From a virus (taxonomy: Duplodnaviria; Caudoviricetes), in the IMG/VR virus record IMGVR_UViG_3300013383_000002, positions 32,001 to 96,000 of that record: a stretch of 64,000 bases of DNA; one strand, given 5' to 3'. Of the stretch, positions 31,888-41,508 are shown in pieces. Numbering within the stretch: position 1 is the first letter of the stretch; each line of letters opens with the position of its first letter. The position numbers and the translations under genes are program-made. The notes below the pieces were generated by a model. That model did no database searches and was not told the DNA's origin. It worked only from the letters and a program-made list of their open reading frames with translations.

Positions 31888-34236
31888 TCAAGCATTCAAA
31901 CTCACCAAATTCTGAATTTTTTCTTTATCTTTCAGCTTCATCGCTTTGATTCCCATCGTCGCGCGCGACAGCAGAGGAATTTCATCCATCTTTAGACGAA
32001 TTTGGGAGACGTTTGATACGACCAGGACTTCAGTATCGTCAGTCAACGGCAAAAAGTCACAAAGTCTATCGGATTGCTGAATTGACTTTCCCTTGGTCGC
32101 GCGCCCCGTAACAGAGAACTCACTAATCGAAGTCCGCTTCGCAAAGCCGTCCTCTGACGTAGATAGAATTTCTTTTGTCCCCTTCGGGATAACTCTCGCA
32201 CAAACAATATAATCTCCATCATTGAGTTTCATTCCAGTGACGCCGCGCGCAACACGTCCAATAGCACGGATATCAGAAGTGGAAATCATGATAAAGTTGC
32301 CAGAGTGAGACAAGATTCCAATATTTTCATCCCTCAGAATCAGAACAGAAACAATCGAATCGTTTTTATCAAGTTTTATCGCCTGCGCGCCATTACCTCT
32401 TTTCAAATTATATTCAGAGAGCGCGGACTTTTTCAAAACTCCGTTCTTCGTAATGAAGATAATGTTAGAGGATTGTTGCTCTTTTGAGAGAATGACGCTT
32501 GCGCGCACGTATTCATCCGACTGGAAAGAAACAAAAGTATTGAGATATTGTTTCTCGCCAACTGAGAAATCACCCATTTTCATTGAGTAGAAACGACCTT
32601 TGTCAGTAAAGAACAGAATCTCGTCTACATTTTCTCCCACCAACGTATCAACTACATATTCGCCCTTATCAAGCTTGAACTTTTGGCCGACACCGTTGCG
32701 TCGCTGAGAATAGAGGGTTGATGTCTCATTTACAAAAACCGCACCTTCATTTGTAAAAGAAAGAGCTAATTGCTTTCGCTCAATTGTTTCTTCTTCATTA
32801 GAAATATTTAGAATTTTTGTGCGCCGTGCGTCGCCAAATTTTTCAGCTACTTCGCGCAGACCTTTTTCAATTTCTTTCTTCAGAAGATTTTCATCGGCCA
32901 AGATGGCTTCAATGCGCGCGAGTTCCTTTTCTAGTTCCGCCTTCTCATTTGTTAATTTAGAAACATCAAGATGGGTAAGACGAGAGAGTTTTAGGTCAAG
33001 GATTGCCTTTGCTTGGGTTTCATCAATTCCAAGAAGATGTTGAAGCCCAATTGAAGCGTTCTTTGTATCAGAAGATTTCTTGATAATTTTGACCACTTCA
33101 TCAATCATTGAAATAGCTTTGATGAGTGCGTCGAGGATATGAAGGCGCGCGCGACACTTCCGGCGATCAAATTGGAAGCCGTTTACATAGACGGTTTTTT
33201 CATGGTCAAGATGCGCTTGAAAAAGTTCGCGCAATCCAAGCACCGCCGGCTTCCTCCCATCCACTAGAACCGTCATGTTTATTCCACTGAAACTTTCAAG
33301 AGAAGTCTCCTTATACAAGAGTTTCAAGACTTTTTCCGGAGAAGCGTTTTTAGTCAAATAAATTTCGTAATCTGGCTTTTTATGGGAAGCATCATTGACA
33401 TTATCAATTCCACAATTCGGCTCTTTTTCCAGAAGTTTTTGAATTTGTGCACTAATAGTTTCAGTATAAACCCCATAAGGTAATTCTCTAACGACTAGTG
33501 CGCGCTTTGCCTTGTCATATTCAATAACAGAACGGAGCTTGGCAGCAGCGCCGGTTCCTTCTTCAAGACTTTTCTTCACTTCATCTGCGTTCAAAAGGAG
33601 CGCGCCAGTTGCATAGTCCGGCATAACACAAATTTCTTCAAAAGGGATGTTCGGGTTCCAAAGAAGCTTAATTAGCGCTTTATTTACTTCTTTTAGGTTG
33701 AATTGAGGAATAGAACTGCTTAGCGCGATACCAAGGCCAACTGTTCCATTACAGATATTATAATAACCCTTCGATGGAGCAACTTTTGGATATTTTTCAG
33801 TTTCATCAAAATTTTCGCTCCATTCAAAAATTGTCTCTTTATCAATATCTCCGAAAAGATTATAACCGAGGGGGCTAAGACGAAGCTCAGTATAGCGCAT
33901 TGAAGCTTCATCTGACGTATTATTCAGAGTACCATTATTACCCTGACAATCTTCTAATGGATAACGCATTGCGAAGGGCTTGCTCATTCGCATATAAGTT
34001 CCATAGCAACTGCTATCGCCATGTTCATAATAATGTCCAAGAGCATCGCCGACTACACGAGCGCTTTTTACAAAAGGTTTAGATGGAATATTCTTTGTAA
34101 CAGCCATCTGACAATACATAAGCATCCGCGCGGATGGCTTTAGAAGGTCGCGCGCGTCACATATGGCGCGGTTCATAATGACATTGCCAGCATAACGAGT
34201 AAAACTATCTTCTACTATTTTCTTGATATCTGCCAT
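31888..34236 (-). CDS. gyrA: type IIA topoisomerase subunit A (gyrase A-like)
   Basis: KSARVVG, HGDSS and SMRYTE motifs; C-terminal pinwheel repeats with QRRNGVG. Confidence 0.9.
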   Translation of the reverse strand: MADIKKIVEDSFTRYAGNVIMNRAICDARDLLKPSARMLMYCQMAVTKNIPSKPFVKSARVVGDALGHYYEHGDSSCYGTYMRMSKPFAMRYPLEDCQGNNGTLNNTSDEASMRYTELRLSPLGYNLFGDIDKETIFEWSENFDETEKYPKVAPSKGYYNICNGTVGLGIALSSSIPQFNLKEVNKALIKLLWNPNIPFEEICVMPDYATGALLLNADEVKKSLEEGTGAAAKLRSVIEYDKAKRALVVRELPYGVYTETISAQIQKLLEKEPNCGIDNVNDASHKKPDYEIYLTKNASPEKVLKLLYKETSLESFSGINMTVLVDGRKPAVLGLRELFQAHLDHEKTVYVNGFQFDRRKCRARLHILDALIKAISMIDEVVKIIKKSSDTKNASIGLQHLLGIDETQAKAILDLKLSRLTHLDVSKLTNEKAELEKELARIEAILADENLLKKEIEKGLREVAEKFGDARRTKILNISNEEETIERKQLALSFTNEGAVFVNETSTLYSQRRNGVGQKFKLDKGEYVVDTLVGENVDEILFFTDKGRFYSMKMGDFSVGEKQYLNTFVSFQSDEYVRASVILSKEQQSSNIIFITKNGVLKKSALSEYNLKRGNGAQAIKLDKNDSIVSVLILRDENIGILSHSGNFIMISTSDIRAIGRVARGVTGMKLNDGDYIVCARVIPKGTKEILSTSEDGFAKRTSISEFSVTGRATKGKSIQQSDRLCDFLPLTDDTEVLVVSNVSQIRLKMDEIPLLSRATMGIKAMKLKDKEKIQNLVSLNA

Positions 34237-36089
34237 TATTCCACCTCAAATTTTGAAAAATCAATATTATTGAATACGAATTCTTTTCTCGGTTCAACAT
34301 CTTCGCTCATTAGCTCAAGTAGAGTTTGAATACCTTCCTCACTGTATGTGATGGGTTCCAAATGTTGCCATTCTTTATTAAACATAGAACTTTTCAAATC
34401 TTCATCAGTCATCTGACCAAGACCTTTGAAGAAGGTGATATTGCCCTTTGGATGGTTGCGGAATTCTTCTTCGTTATAATAATAATACGTTTTTGTTTTT
34501 GTTTCAACTTTACAGGTTGGTGCGCGAAGCCAAAAGAGACGATTTTCTTTTAGAAATTGTGGGGCAAGAACTTGCAACATTGCCATTAGAAGAAGTCCAA
34601 TATGACTACCGTCAAAATCACCATCGACCGCGAGAGCGACACATCCATATCGAAGTTTCTCGGCATTATAAGGTTTCCCATAAGTAAGTCCTAGCGCCTG
34701 AAGAAGTAGTTTGACTTCTTCATTATTCAAACCTTCTTCAATCGTCGCTTTTAGAAGATTTTTTGCCTTGCCTCTTAGCATTAGTATGCCGTATGTGTTT
34801 GGGTCACGACCAATAGACATCGAGCCTCCGGCGGAAAGACCTTCTACACAAAGAAGGATACTATCTTTGCCAAGTTTTCGCGCGTCACGGAGTTTATCAT
34901 AATTTAGAAGCTTTTTCTTCTCATTGGCTTTTTGCTCTTTTTCGTGGTTGAGGATTGCCTGACGCGCACGTTCCGCGGCCATTTCGGCTTTGTTGATTTT
35001 TGTAAGAATTTCAACAATTTTATCAAAATCTGCTTTTCTTCGTTTAAAGAAATCCTTTAAACAATTACTAATGGCAGCGGAAGTGGCTGTTCCAGCCTCC
35101 TTATTGGCTAAAGCTGTTTTGGCTTGGTTAGAGAATTGTCCAGTATGGACTTTTACTGATACAAACCCCTCGAGGCACTCTCGAATTTGTTCTCCAGAAA
35201 ATTTAGTTTTTGCTAAAGAATTAAAAGTTCTAGTTAGAGAAGTTTTAAAGGAGCTAATAAATGCACCACCATCTGGCATATAAAGACCATTTGCATAGCC
35301 TCTAATATTTCCCTTTTTCGTGACCCATTGTAAAGCCAATTCTACTTGGCAACTATCTTCTTCATAAAAGTAATTGAAAGGTTTGCTTATTACATTTTCA
35401 TTTTGAAGTCCATCAATAAGTCCATTTTTAGATAAGAAATATTCTTCTTTATTATCTATAATAAGTATAATTTTTAATTCTTTAGTAAAAAAAGACATTT
35501 CTTTCAACATAATTTTTAAAGCATCTATATCAATAAAGACATCCCCATAAACTTTCTCGTCTGGAACATAAGTGATAATAGTGCCAGTTCCGGTGCCTAA
35601 GTCTTTTGAAACTTGAACTTCTGATATTGGATAAGCGCCTTCGTCATTACTTTCAAAACGCTGAAAATAAATATTTCCTTCTCGATGAACTTCTACTTCA
35701 AGCCATTTGGCGGTATGGCAAACCACTTTATTCCCTTCACCGTTAATACCGACCGAACTTACATAAGAACCCTCTTTATGTTTTGCTCCTGAATGAGGCA
35801 AAAGAAAAGCGGCAGTTAGTGAGTTTATTCCATCATTGCGAACAGCACAAGGTATTCCTCTCATATTGTCAGAAACTCGGATTTCTCGTTTTTGCGTAAA
35901 TAACTCAATTTTTAGAAACGGATTAGAAGGTTTATATACTTCATATTCATCTTGGACATTTACAATAAGTTCACGCAGGCCAAGGTTTATTGCCTCTTGA
36001 CGGTCGGCACTGAGGTACATACCAATTTTTTCTCTGAAGGCCCGGCCTGGAGATAAAGTTGTTAAATCATTAGCATCATAATTGCTCAT
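34236..36089 (-). CDS. gyrB: type IIA topoisomerase subunit B (gyrase B-like)
   Basis: GHKL motifs ELIVN and DNMRGIP, EGLSA, LRGK, DGDFDG, FKGLG. Confidence 0.9.
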   Translation of the reverse strand: MSNYDANDLTTLSPGRAFREKIGMYLSADRQEAINLGLRELIVNVQDEYEVYKPSNPFLKIELFTQKREIRVSDNMRGIPCAVRNDGINSLTAAFLLPHSGAKHKEGSYVSSVGINGEGNKVVCHTAKWLEVEVHREGNIYFQRFESNDEGAYPISEVQVSKDLGTGTGTIITYVPDEKVYGDVFIDIDALKIMLKEMSFFTKELKIILIIDNKEEYFLSKNGLIDGLQNENVISKPFNYFYEEDSCQVELALQWVTKKGNIRGYANGLYMPDGGAFISSFKTSLTRTFNSLAKTKFSGEQIRECLEGFVSVKVHTGQFSNQAKTALANKEAGTATSAAISNCLKDFFKRRKADFDKIVEILTKINKAEMAAERARQAILNHEKEQKANEKKKLLNYDKLRDARKLGKDSILLCVEGLSAGGSMSIGRDPNTYGILMLRGKAKNLLKATIEEGLNNEEVKLLLQALGLTYGKPYNAEKLRYGCVALAVDGDFDGSHIGLLLMAMLQVLAPQFLKENRLFWLRAPTCKVETKTKTYYYYNEEEFRNHPKGNITFFKGLGQMTDEDLKSSMFNKEWQHLEPITYSEEGIQTLLELMSEDVEPRKEFVFNNIDFSKFEVE

Positions 36090-36993
36090 TCTGTACCTCC
36101 CAAATGAATTTAGAAATTTTTTCTTCAAAAATTTGTCTAGTATTTTCTTGTCTACCTTCTGAATAATCCAATAATAAAAGAGGAATATTTTTTTCTTTAC
36201 AAAATTCCCTTTTTATTCTATCATGTTTTATCAAAGTTTCTGACCAAAATAAAAGGTCTGAATTAAAATGCTGTTTCCCCTGTACTTCTATTAAACCGAT
36301 TTGATTTTGTATAAATATAGCAAAATCAAAAGGGGGTTTTGTCTTATCTTTACATTCTTCAGTTTTATACTGTCTTTTATAAAGAATTTTCTTTTCTTCA
36401 AGGATTTGTCTCACACATTCTTCACCAAAGGAAGCTAGGCAGCCACAAGATTGAGTATGCCCAGAAGCCAAATGTCGATATTGTACTTCACAAATATTTC
36501 CACAATCACATTGACAAATTCTATATGAGTGTTTTCCATTTTTATCTAATTTTTTACTATCTCCAATAACAACAAGTTTGCCAAAACGTTGCCCAATACA
36601 ATTGGTATACTTAGAAAAGCCTTCGCCGAAAGAGCAACCACAGTTTTTCTTTTTTCCTATCATATCAGTTGGCAATATAATTTCATTTCCGCAATCACAG
36701 ATACATTTATATTGCTCAATAAAATTACCATGTCTATTAGTTAATCTTTCTATTGGAGTGATTTTTCCATACTTTTTCCCTAAATCAATTTTCTTATTAA
36801 GACAATTTACACAACCACAACTCTTTGATTTTCCATTACGTAAATCAGAAATTCTTACGGGTCTTATTGTTCCGCAATCGCATTTAGCAAGCCATGCCAG
36901 ATTTTTATTTTCTTTTGTTCTTTCATCTGGTGGGATGTATCTTAGAATATTCCATTTGCCATATCGATTATTGGTTTCATCCCTTATATTCAT
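36076..36993 (-). CDS. free-standing homing-endonuclease-like protein (CxCxCG repeats plus PD-(D/E)XK domain)
   Basis: Three CxCDCG...SCGC repeats; FDF...IEVQGKQH; overlaps the gyrB start. Confidence 0.75.
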   Translation of the reverse strand: MNIRDETNNRYGKWNILRYIPPDERTKENKNLAWLAKCDCGTIRPVRISDLRNGKSKSCGCVNCLNKKIDLGKKYGKITPIERLTNRHGNFIEQYKCICDCGNEIILPTDMIGKKKNCGCSFGEGFSKYTNCIGQRFGKLVVIGDSKKLDKNGKHSYRICQCDCGNICEVQYRHLASGHTQSCGCLASFGEECVRQILEEKKILYKRQYKTEECKDKTKPPFDFAIFIQNQIGLIEVQGKQHFNSDLLFWSETLIKHDRIKREFCKEKNIPLLLLDYSEGRQENTRQIFEEKISKFIWEVQNEQL

Positions 36994-37195
36994 TCAAATC
37001 TCCTTTCTATTCATTTTCTTTTAGTATAACATATTTTAGAGAAAAATTCAAATTCCCTTATATTCATTATAAATGCGCGCGACGCGCCCGAGTGTAATCT
37101 AAATTCACTCAAAAGTCAAATTTCTATTATGAAAATTTGAAAAGTTCTCAGAAATAGGGTATAATATAGTTAGAAATTAGAAAGAAGGTGAAAAT

Positions 37196-37348
37196 GTGAA
37201 GAAAGATATGGTAATTCGTTTTATGCTTGACGCAGAGCTGGATGAACAAATTCGTAACTATTGTGAAGAAAACGATATGAAGATTAGCTACTTTTTGAGA
37301 GTGGCCGCGCGAGAGTATATGAAAAACCATCCGACAGAAGAGGAGTAA
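37196..37348 (+). CDS. small ribbon-helix-helix (CopG-like) regulator
   Basis: 50 aa, MKKDMVIRFMLDAELDEQIRNYCEENDMKISYFLRVAAREYM; promoter at 37137-37165; below the ORF-track cutoff. Confidence 0.65.
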   Translation: MKKDMVIRFMLDAELDEQIRNYCEENDMKISYFLRVAAREYMKNHPTEEE

Positions 37349-37350
37349 GT

Positions 37351-37626
37351 ATGGACACTATAAATCAGCAAGTTTACGACAAAATTATGCGTCAATTGGG
37401 CGATGAAGAAGGCAATGAACTAAAGTTAATGTTTGTTTTTCTTAGTCTGCCTGGAGACGGACGGGTCTGTTAGAATTGAGGAAGATAAATCTGCCAAAAA
37501 TTAAATATGTCAAGACAAGAGTATCATGAAGCAATGAAAAACTTGTCGGCGCAAGGCTGGATTGATACAACTTCAAGAGATGCGATTATTCTTTCTTTTG
37601 AGGGTATTATGAGAGAAGAATGGTAG
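37351..37626 (+). pseudogene. winged-helix protein gene with two compensating frameshifts
   Basis: A GACG duplication (~37455) and a lost A (~37489) put three stops between intact N- and C-terminal halves that remain in frame. Confidence 0.55.
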
Positions 37627-37751
37627 ATAATCTATCAGAGATAAATAAAAAAATTTCATTTTGATTTATAAACAAGAACATAAACAAAATAAACGAATGT
37701 GAGTGTGCCAATATGAATTATACTTATTCAAATAATAAGAAGGAGATATCA

Positions 37752-37928
37752 ATGAAGAAAATTCGTATTTACAAACTACGTTTCGCGATTTTTCTTCAAG
37801 AGCGCGGCTTCCATATTGTAGATTGTGTTCAAGATTTACAAAATCCGTATTATAAAAATTGGTATTTTGAAGACACACCAGAACTACGAAAAGCTATGAC
37901 AGACTATACCTCCGAAATTAGAAGATAA
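37752..37928 (+). CDS. small hypothetical protein (DUF5659-like pattern)
   Basis: AAGGAG RBS; LQERGF...NP....WYFEDTPEL. Confidence 0.65.
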   Translation: MKKIRIYKLRFAIFLQERGFHIVDCVQDLQNPYYKNWYFEDTPELRKAMTDYTSEIRR

Positions 37929-37944
37929 AGCGAGGTATATCAAA

Positions 37945-38304
37945 ATGTCCGAAAATACTAATTTTTATCCGAATCAAAGAAGAATAACAAGCCATAAGGA
38001 GCTTGATGATAAAGGGCAGCTAATAAGCGCGCCTGGTCCAAAACTCATTGTAAGTTGGCGAGAAATTTGTCAGGTGGCTTTTCATACAAAAAATTCAAAT
38101 AGTGTATTACTTTGGCAATATTTCTATAAAAATGCCGATGAATACACTGTAGGTTTTAGTCCCGAAGAAATTGAGAAGACGCTAGGTATAGGGAAAAAGG
38201 CGTGTCGAAGTGCTTTTGATACACTTGCTCAATTAGGATATCTCAAATTGCGAGAAGGAACAAAAAATCATTACGATTTTATCCCCCACCCCAAAAATTT
38301 TTGA
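37945..38304 (+). CDS. winged-helix protein, candidate replication initiator
   Basis: EEIEKTLGIGKKACRSAFDTLAQLGYL; directly upstream of the iteron-like array. Confidence 0.55.
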   Translation: MSENTNFYPNQRRITSHKELDDKGQLISAPGPKLIVSWREICQVAFHTKNSNSVLLWQYFYKNADEYTVGFSPEEIEKTLGIGKKACRSAFDTLAQLGYLKLREGTKNHYDFIPHPKNF

Positions 38305-38387
38305 CCGTTTTTACTTTTTTTATTTTCCCTTTTTCTTTTTATATTTTATTTTCTTTTATTTTCTTTTACTTTTTCTTTACCTCGGAG

Positions 38388-38520
38388 GGCACTTTTAAAA
38401 TCTACCAAATGGCACTTTTAAAATCTACCCGAGGGAACTTTTAAAAGTTCCAAAACGGCACTTTTAAAATCTACCAAATGGCACTTTTAAAATCTACCGA
38501 GCGGGATTTTTACAATGGGC
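38388..38520. repeat. 23-bp-period iteron-like repeats (5 copies plus 1 degenerate); probable replication origin
   Basis: GGCACTTTTAAAATCTACC-type units at 38388, 38411, 38434 (perfect palindrome GGAACTTTTAAAAGTTCC), 38457, 38480 and 38503; preceded by a ~70-nt T-rich tract. Confidence 0.8.
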
Positions 38521-38570
38521 ACAGCATCATGATGTGTCCGCAAATGCGAACTCGAAAGGAGCAAAAAAAA

Positions 38571-38804
38571 ATGGAAGATATTGAAAAGCGCGAACAACTA
38601 ATAAAAGGCTATGAAGGCCAAATTCGCTATCTCCAAAAGCGAATTCAAAAGAATGCAAATAATAAAGCAAAGAATCGGCGCACTAAGCGCGACCCCGACA
38701 AGGATACCGCGCACTGCTACTTACTCATCGAAAAATGGCAGGAACGCATCGACAAATGTAAAAATGGAGAACCACTCGATTTTCTAGGTAAATCTCTACT
38801 CTAA
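38571..38804 (+). CDS. hypothetical basic protein
   Basis: AAGGAG RBS before MEDIEK. Confidence 0.65.
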   Translation: MEDIEKREQLIKGYEGQIRYLQKRIQKNANNKAKNRRTKRDPDKDTAHCYLLIEKWQERIDKCKNGEPLDFLGKSLL

Positions 38805-38814
38805 GGAGGAAAAT

Positions 38815-39171
38815 ATGACAAAATTTGAAATTTATGATACTATTATTTCGCGTGGAGTTATCAACCTTATCAGCCTCGCGCGCCGAAACAATAATACAAT
38901 TATTCTAAAGGATTTCAACCCTCATGACACAACTCATCTTCTAATGTTTGAAATGGCAACTATTGTTACTAATTCTTACTCAGAGAACTTCGTGCTAAAA
39001 ATTGAAATGCCATGGTATCGAAGAATTATCGCTCCTCGGCGCATTCGTAAAGTTTCAAGAGCACTCTCTAAAGAAAATGGTATCAACATTCAGGAATTTA
39101 TGGACTTTACGCGCGAAGGGTTTGAGGTCGTTTCTTGTGAAGAAATTTGGAAGGAGTATTATGCACGATGA
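38815..39171 (+). CDS. hypothetical protein
   Basis: AAGGAGG RBS; 118 aa. Confidence 0.7.
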   Translation: MTKFEIYDTIISRGVINLISLARRNNNTIILKDFNPHDTTHLLMFEMATIVTNSYSENFVLKIEMPWYRRIIAPRRIRKVSRALSKENGINIQEFMDFTREGFEVVSCEEIWKEYYAR

Positions 39172-39656
39172 ACTACTCTATCTACACCGATGGGGCTTGC
39201 TCTAATAATGGAGCAAAGGATGCGCGAGGTGGCTTTGCTTTTGTTGTTCTTGATGATAAAGGCAATCATAGGTATGAATATAGTAAACATGTAGAAAACG
39301 CTACCAATAATATTTGTGAACTTTCAGCCGTTTTTGGTGCTTGTTCATTTTTTGATGCTTATTCTCCCGAAGGAAATATGGCAACCATTTATAGTGATAG
39401 TGCTTACATTATCAATTGTATTACTCAAAAGTGGTATAAGAAGTGGCAAACCAATGGTTGGCGCAACGCCAAGAAAGAGCCGGTCGCAAATCGTGAACTT
39501 TGGGAGCGTCTTATTCCTTATTTTGAAAATCCACGTTTTTCTTTTGAGAAAGTAAAAGGCCACTCCGGAGAGAAGGATTGGAATGATTATGTTGATAAAC
39601 TTGCTGTAGAAGCGAAGGAGGAAAAGTGTGATTACAGTGGGCATCCCTATCTATAA
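39168..39656 (+). CDS. rnhA: ribonuclease HI
   Basis: YTDGACS, TNNICEL, SDSAY, KVKGHSG, NDYVDKLA. Confidence 0.95.
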   Translation: MNYSIYTDGACSNNGAKDARGGFAFVVLDDKGNHRYEYSKHVENATNNICELSAVFGACSFFDAYSPEGNMATIYSDSAYIINCITQKWYKKWQTNGWRNAKKEPVANRELWERLIPYFENPRFSFEKVKGHSGEKDWNDYVDKLAVEAKEEKCDYSGHPYL

Positions 39657-40593
39657 GGCGCGCGAGACTCTCCCATATTGTCTCGATGCGCTCGTTGCGC
39701 AAACTCGTAAAATGTTTCTAGTTACTCTTTGTCAGGATTGTGATGGTGAAGATTATAGCGATATTATTGAAGAATATCGCGCGCGTGGTCTGCATATTCG
39801 TCTAATTTCTACACCAGAAAATGGCGGCCCAGGCGTCGCGCGCCAAACAATTATTGATAACGAAAACCAAAGCGACTACATTATGTTTTGTGATAGTGAC
39901 GATATGCTATTCCCTCGGGCAGTTGAGCAACTTTATCGAGAAGCTAAGCGGAATAACGCCGATCTTGTTACAGCCTCTTTTATTCATGAAGAAAACTTCG
40001 GTCCAGGGCACCACCTTCCTTCATCAACCACTAGCTCTACTTGGTGTCACACTAAGCTCTATCGTATCAAATATTTGAAGGATAATAATATTCGTTTTCT
40101 TCCAGAGCTTCGCCTAAATGAGGACAGCTACTTCAATTTGGTTGCTTGTAATTGTACTGATAAAATTTATAGGCTCGATGAATATCTTTATTTGTGGCGC
40201 GCAAATCCCAACTCACTAACTCGAAAAGATAGTGATAGTTTTTTCCAGCGAAGCAATGGCTCTTATATTTATGGCCAAGCAAAAGGACTGAAGAAGATTT
40301 ATGAAGTTCGTGGTGAGATACCTGGCTCAGTTCTCTGCCAGACTCTCATTAATATTTACGAAGCTATGATGGAGCAGGTTTATCGAAAGGTCGACGACTA
40401 TTCCTATATGGATGAACTTCTTTCTTTGAAGAAGAATTCTTTTATTCAAGAGTTTTTGAAAGATGGGAATAATTGGCCTTATTTTGTCAATAACGTAAAA
40501 GCAGCACGAATTTATGATAATGATGTGGTTTATTTTTATAAACTAAGATTTGTCGATTTTATTACTAACTATATTATGGAGGATAAAAAATGA
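39628..40593 (+). CDS. family 2 glycosyltransferase
   Basis: VGIPIY, NGGPGVAR, FCDSDD (DxD), ED.YF. Confidence 0.85.
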   Translation: MITVGIPIYKARETLPYCLDALVAQTRKMFLVTLCQDCDGEDYSDIIEEYRARGLHIRLISTPENGGPGVARQTIIDNENQSDYIMFCDSDDMLFPRAVEQLYREAKRNNADLVTASFIHEENFGPGHHLPSSTTSSTWCHTKLYRIKYLKDNNIRFLPELRLNEDSYFNLVACNCTDKIYRLDEYLYLWRANPNSLTRKDSDSFFQRSNGSYIYGQAKGLKKIYEVRGEIPGSVLCQTLINIYEAMMEQVYRKVDDYSYMDELLSLKKNSFIQEFLKDGNNWPYFVNNVKAARIYDNDVVYFYKLRFVDFITNYIMEDKK

Positions 40594-41186
40594 TTTATGT
40601 CGTCAACGGTAGCGCCCGATCCGGCAAGGACACTTTTTGTTCAATGGTGTCTAAATTTATGGGCGAAAATTACACGAAAGTTTTTTCTACCGTAAATTAT
40701 GTGAAAAAGGTCGCGCGAGACTTTGGCTGGAATGGTGAAAAGACACCTCGCGCGCGTAAATTCCTTAGCGACCTCAAAGACCTTCTAACAGAGTGGGATG
40801 ATATTCCTTTTAAGGATGTCCAAAGAAAGAGTCGTGAAGCCCTTGAAGATTGGGATTGTTATGGGGTCGATAGCAATAACTGTGCTATCTTTATTATGTG
40901 TAGGGAACCAGAGGAAATCAAGAAAATTGTTAGGAGGCTGGGCGCGCGCACCATTCTTGTTAGACGAAAAGAGGCGGAAGACGCAAGTACCTCCAATCAT
41001 GCCGACGCTGAGGTCCTCAACTACAACTATGATATTGAAATTGAAAATAATGGTTCGCTAAAGGATCTAGCTTTTGAGGCTTTGAAGTTTATCGAGAATG
41101 AAAATTTGACTTTTAGACATTGGGTTACTTTCCATGTCAAAGATAGTGGCGAAATTATTGAAGTACAAAAGGAAGTAAAATTTTGA
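40590..41186 (+). CDS. P-loop nucleoside monophosphate kinase-like protein
   Basis: GSARSGKDT, CREPEE, YD..IENNGS. Confidence 0.7.
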   Translation: MIYVVNGSARSGKDTFCSMVSKFMGENYTKVFSTVNYVKKVARDFGWNGEKTPRARKFLSDLKDLLTEWDDIPFKDVQRKSREALEDWDCYGVDSNNCAIFIMCREPEEIKKIVRRLGARTILVRRKEAEDASTSNHADAEVLNYNYDIEIENNGSLKDLAFEALKFIENENLTFRHWVTFHVKDSGEIIEVQKEVKF

Positions 41187-41455
41187 CAAATCGAGATTTT
41201 TTGAAAAATTTTTCTGAAAGAGAATTTGTGAAATGGCTTGCTAGTTTTCAACTAGTTGAAAATGCGCCATGGCTTCAGTGGCTTGACAAGAAATATTGTC
41301 GCAATTGTCCTCCGATTATGGGACGTATGGAGGGTCATGATTATGTTCAGCCGTTCGCGCTGTGTGAAGTAGATGAATGTCCCTATGATGTGGCAGATTT
41401 GACAGATGAAGAAATGATTGAATTGTGGCTTGATGGTGAAAGAGAAGAAATTTGA
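41183..41455 (+). CDS. hypothetical Cys-containing protein
   Basis: Coupled ORF of 90 aa. Confidence 0.6.
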   Translation: MTNRDFLKNFSEREFVKWLASFQLVENAPWLQWLDKKYCRNCPPIMGRMEGHDYVQPFALCEVDECPYDVADLTDEEMIELWLDGEREEI

Positions 41456-41508
41456 TTTTCCTCCTTTTCTGTGATATGATATAAAAAAGAAAGGAAGTGA
41501 AATGAAAT

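Noticed and set aside
38388-38520. CRISPR array
   Set aside because: Units are separated by only ~4 nt, so there are no spacers, and no cas genes are present; an iteron interpretation fits better.
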